From positions 113,958,001-114,022,000 of the forward strand of contig NC_086097.1 of assembly GCF_963921235.1 (NCBI RefSeq): 64,000 nt of DNA. Reading direction: 5' to 3'. A model generated the notes under the pieces. That model saw only the letters and a program-made list of their open reading frames with translations. It did not search any database and had not been told where the DNA came from. Positions 63,088-64,000 of the stretch are shown piece after piece. Position numbers and translations under genes: made by a program. The stretch is from Mobula hypostoma. Taxonomy: Eukaryota. The stretch's first letter is position 1, and each line of letters starts with the position of its first letter.

Positions 63088-63864
63088 ATGGACTCTGCCT
63101 TCCTAAGGCATCACTCCTTGAAGATGTCTTGAATATGACCTAGGCTAGTACCCATGATGGATCTGACTAATTTTACAAGTTTCTGCAACTTACTTTGATC
63201 TTGTGCTGAAGCCTGCACTATACCAGATTGTGATGCAAACAGTCAGAATACTCTACCATACATTTGTAGAAGTTCTCGAGTGCTTTAGTTGACAAACCAA
63301 ATCCTGTCAAACTCCTAATGAAATATAGCCGTTGTCTCATCTTCTTTATTGATAAGTTGCATCCAGGTTAGGTCCTCAGAGATATTAACATGCAGGAACT
63401 TGAAATTTCTTATTCTCTCTGCTTCTGATCCCTCTATGAGGATTTGTTTGTGTTCCCTCATCTTACCCTTCCTGAAGTCCACAACTAGTTCTTTAGTTTT
63501 GCTGACGTTGAGTGCAAGGCTGTTGCAGTGACACCACTCAACTAACTGATATATCTCGCACTTGTATGCCTTTATGCCCTTTCGTCACCATCTGAATTTG
63601 TTTCAATGGTTGTACCATCAGCAAATTTATAGATGGAATTTGAGCTATACGTAGCACACAGTCATGGGTATAGAGAGGGTAGAGCGGTGGGCTAAGCACA
63701 CATTCCTGTGGTGTGACAGTGTTCAATTGTCAGCGAGGTAGAGATATTATTTCCATAATCCACAGATTGTGGTCTTCTGGTTAGGAAGTCAAGGATCCAA
63801 TTGCAGAAAGAGGTATAGAGGCTTAGGCTCTGCAGTTTTTCAATCAGAGATGATGTGTCAAAGT

Positions 63865-64000
63865 CCAAAGTAGATTTTTTTTTATGAAAGTATATACTGT
63901 ACAAGCCATATACTACTCTCCGATTTATTTTCTTGCAGACATTCGGAGTAGTATAAAGGAATGCAATAGAATCAATGAAAAACTACACACAAGCAAAGAC
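63865..64000 (-). mobile_element. Rex-type 3' tail (cut by the window end)
   Basis: Same tail motif as 25810-25950 (aaagt.caaagta...ttttcttgcaga...aatcaatgaaaaactaca). Confidence 0.6.

Larger units (their letters stand above)
60425..63850 (-). mobile_element. Rex-type LINE RT/3' end split by a CR1 and a solo LTR
   Basis: [48 protein letters not shown]; (GATTCT)-like tail near 60430. Confidence 0.85.

Overview
Repeat-dense vertebrate non-coding DNA (intergenic or deep intronic). The mix of CR1 LINEs, Rex-Babar LINEs, Penelope-like elements (PLEs), Gypsy LTR elements, tRNA-SINEs and Tc1/hAT fossils suggests a cartilaginous fish, probably a ray; this is inferred from repeat composition only. 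I found no intact host gene and no intact transposon ORF; almost all long ORFs in the track are decayed TE fragments or their antisense shadows. Highlights: (1) a minus-strand chimera of Gypsy LTR-PBS-protease, an RBM25 RRM retro-fragment and a Penelope 3' end (19298-20636); (2) minimal hammerhead-ribozyme motifs in several Penelope termini, including a ~100-bp ribozyme-only insertion; (3) three Penelope insertions each flanked by ~12-bp target-site duplications (TSDs); (4) a structurally complete but dead Gypsy element (both LTRs, GCAAC TSD) in a multi-level nest; (5) a VNTR-containing composite retroposon; (6) a few candidate cis-elements and a possible microexon in unique sequence. Boundaries were read by eye and are approximate unless a TSD is quoted. 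Family names come from motif recognition, not database searches.
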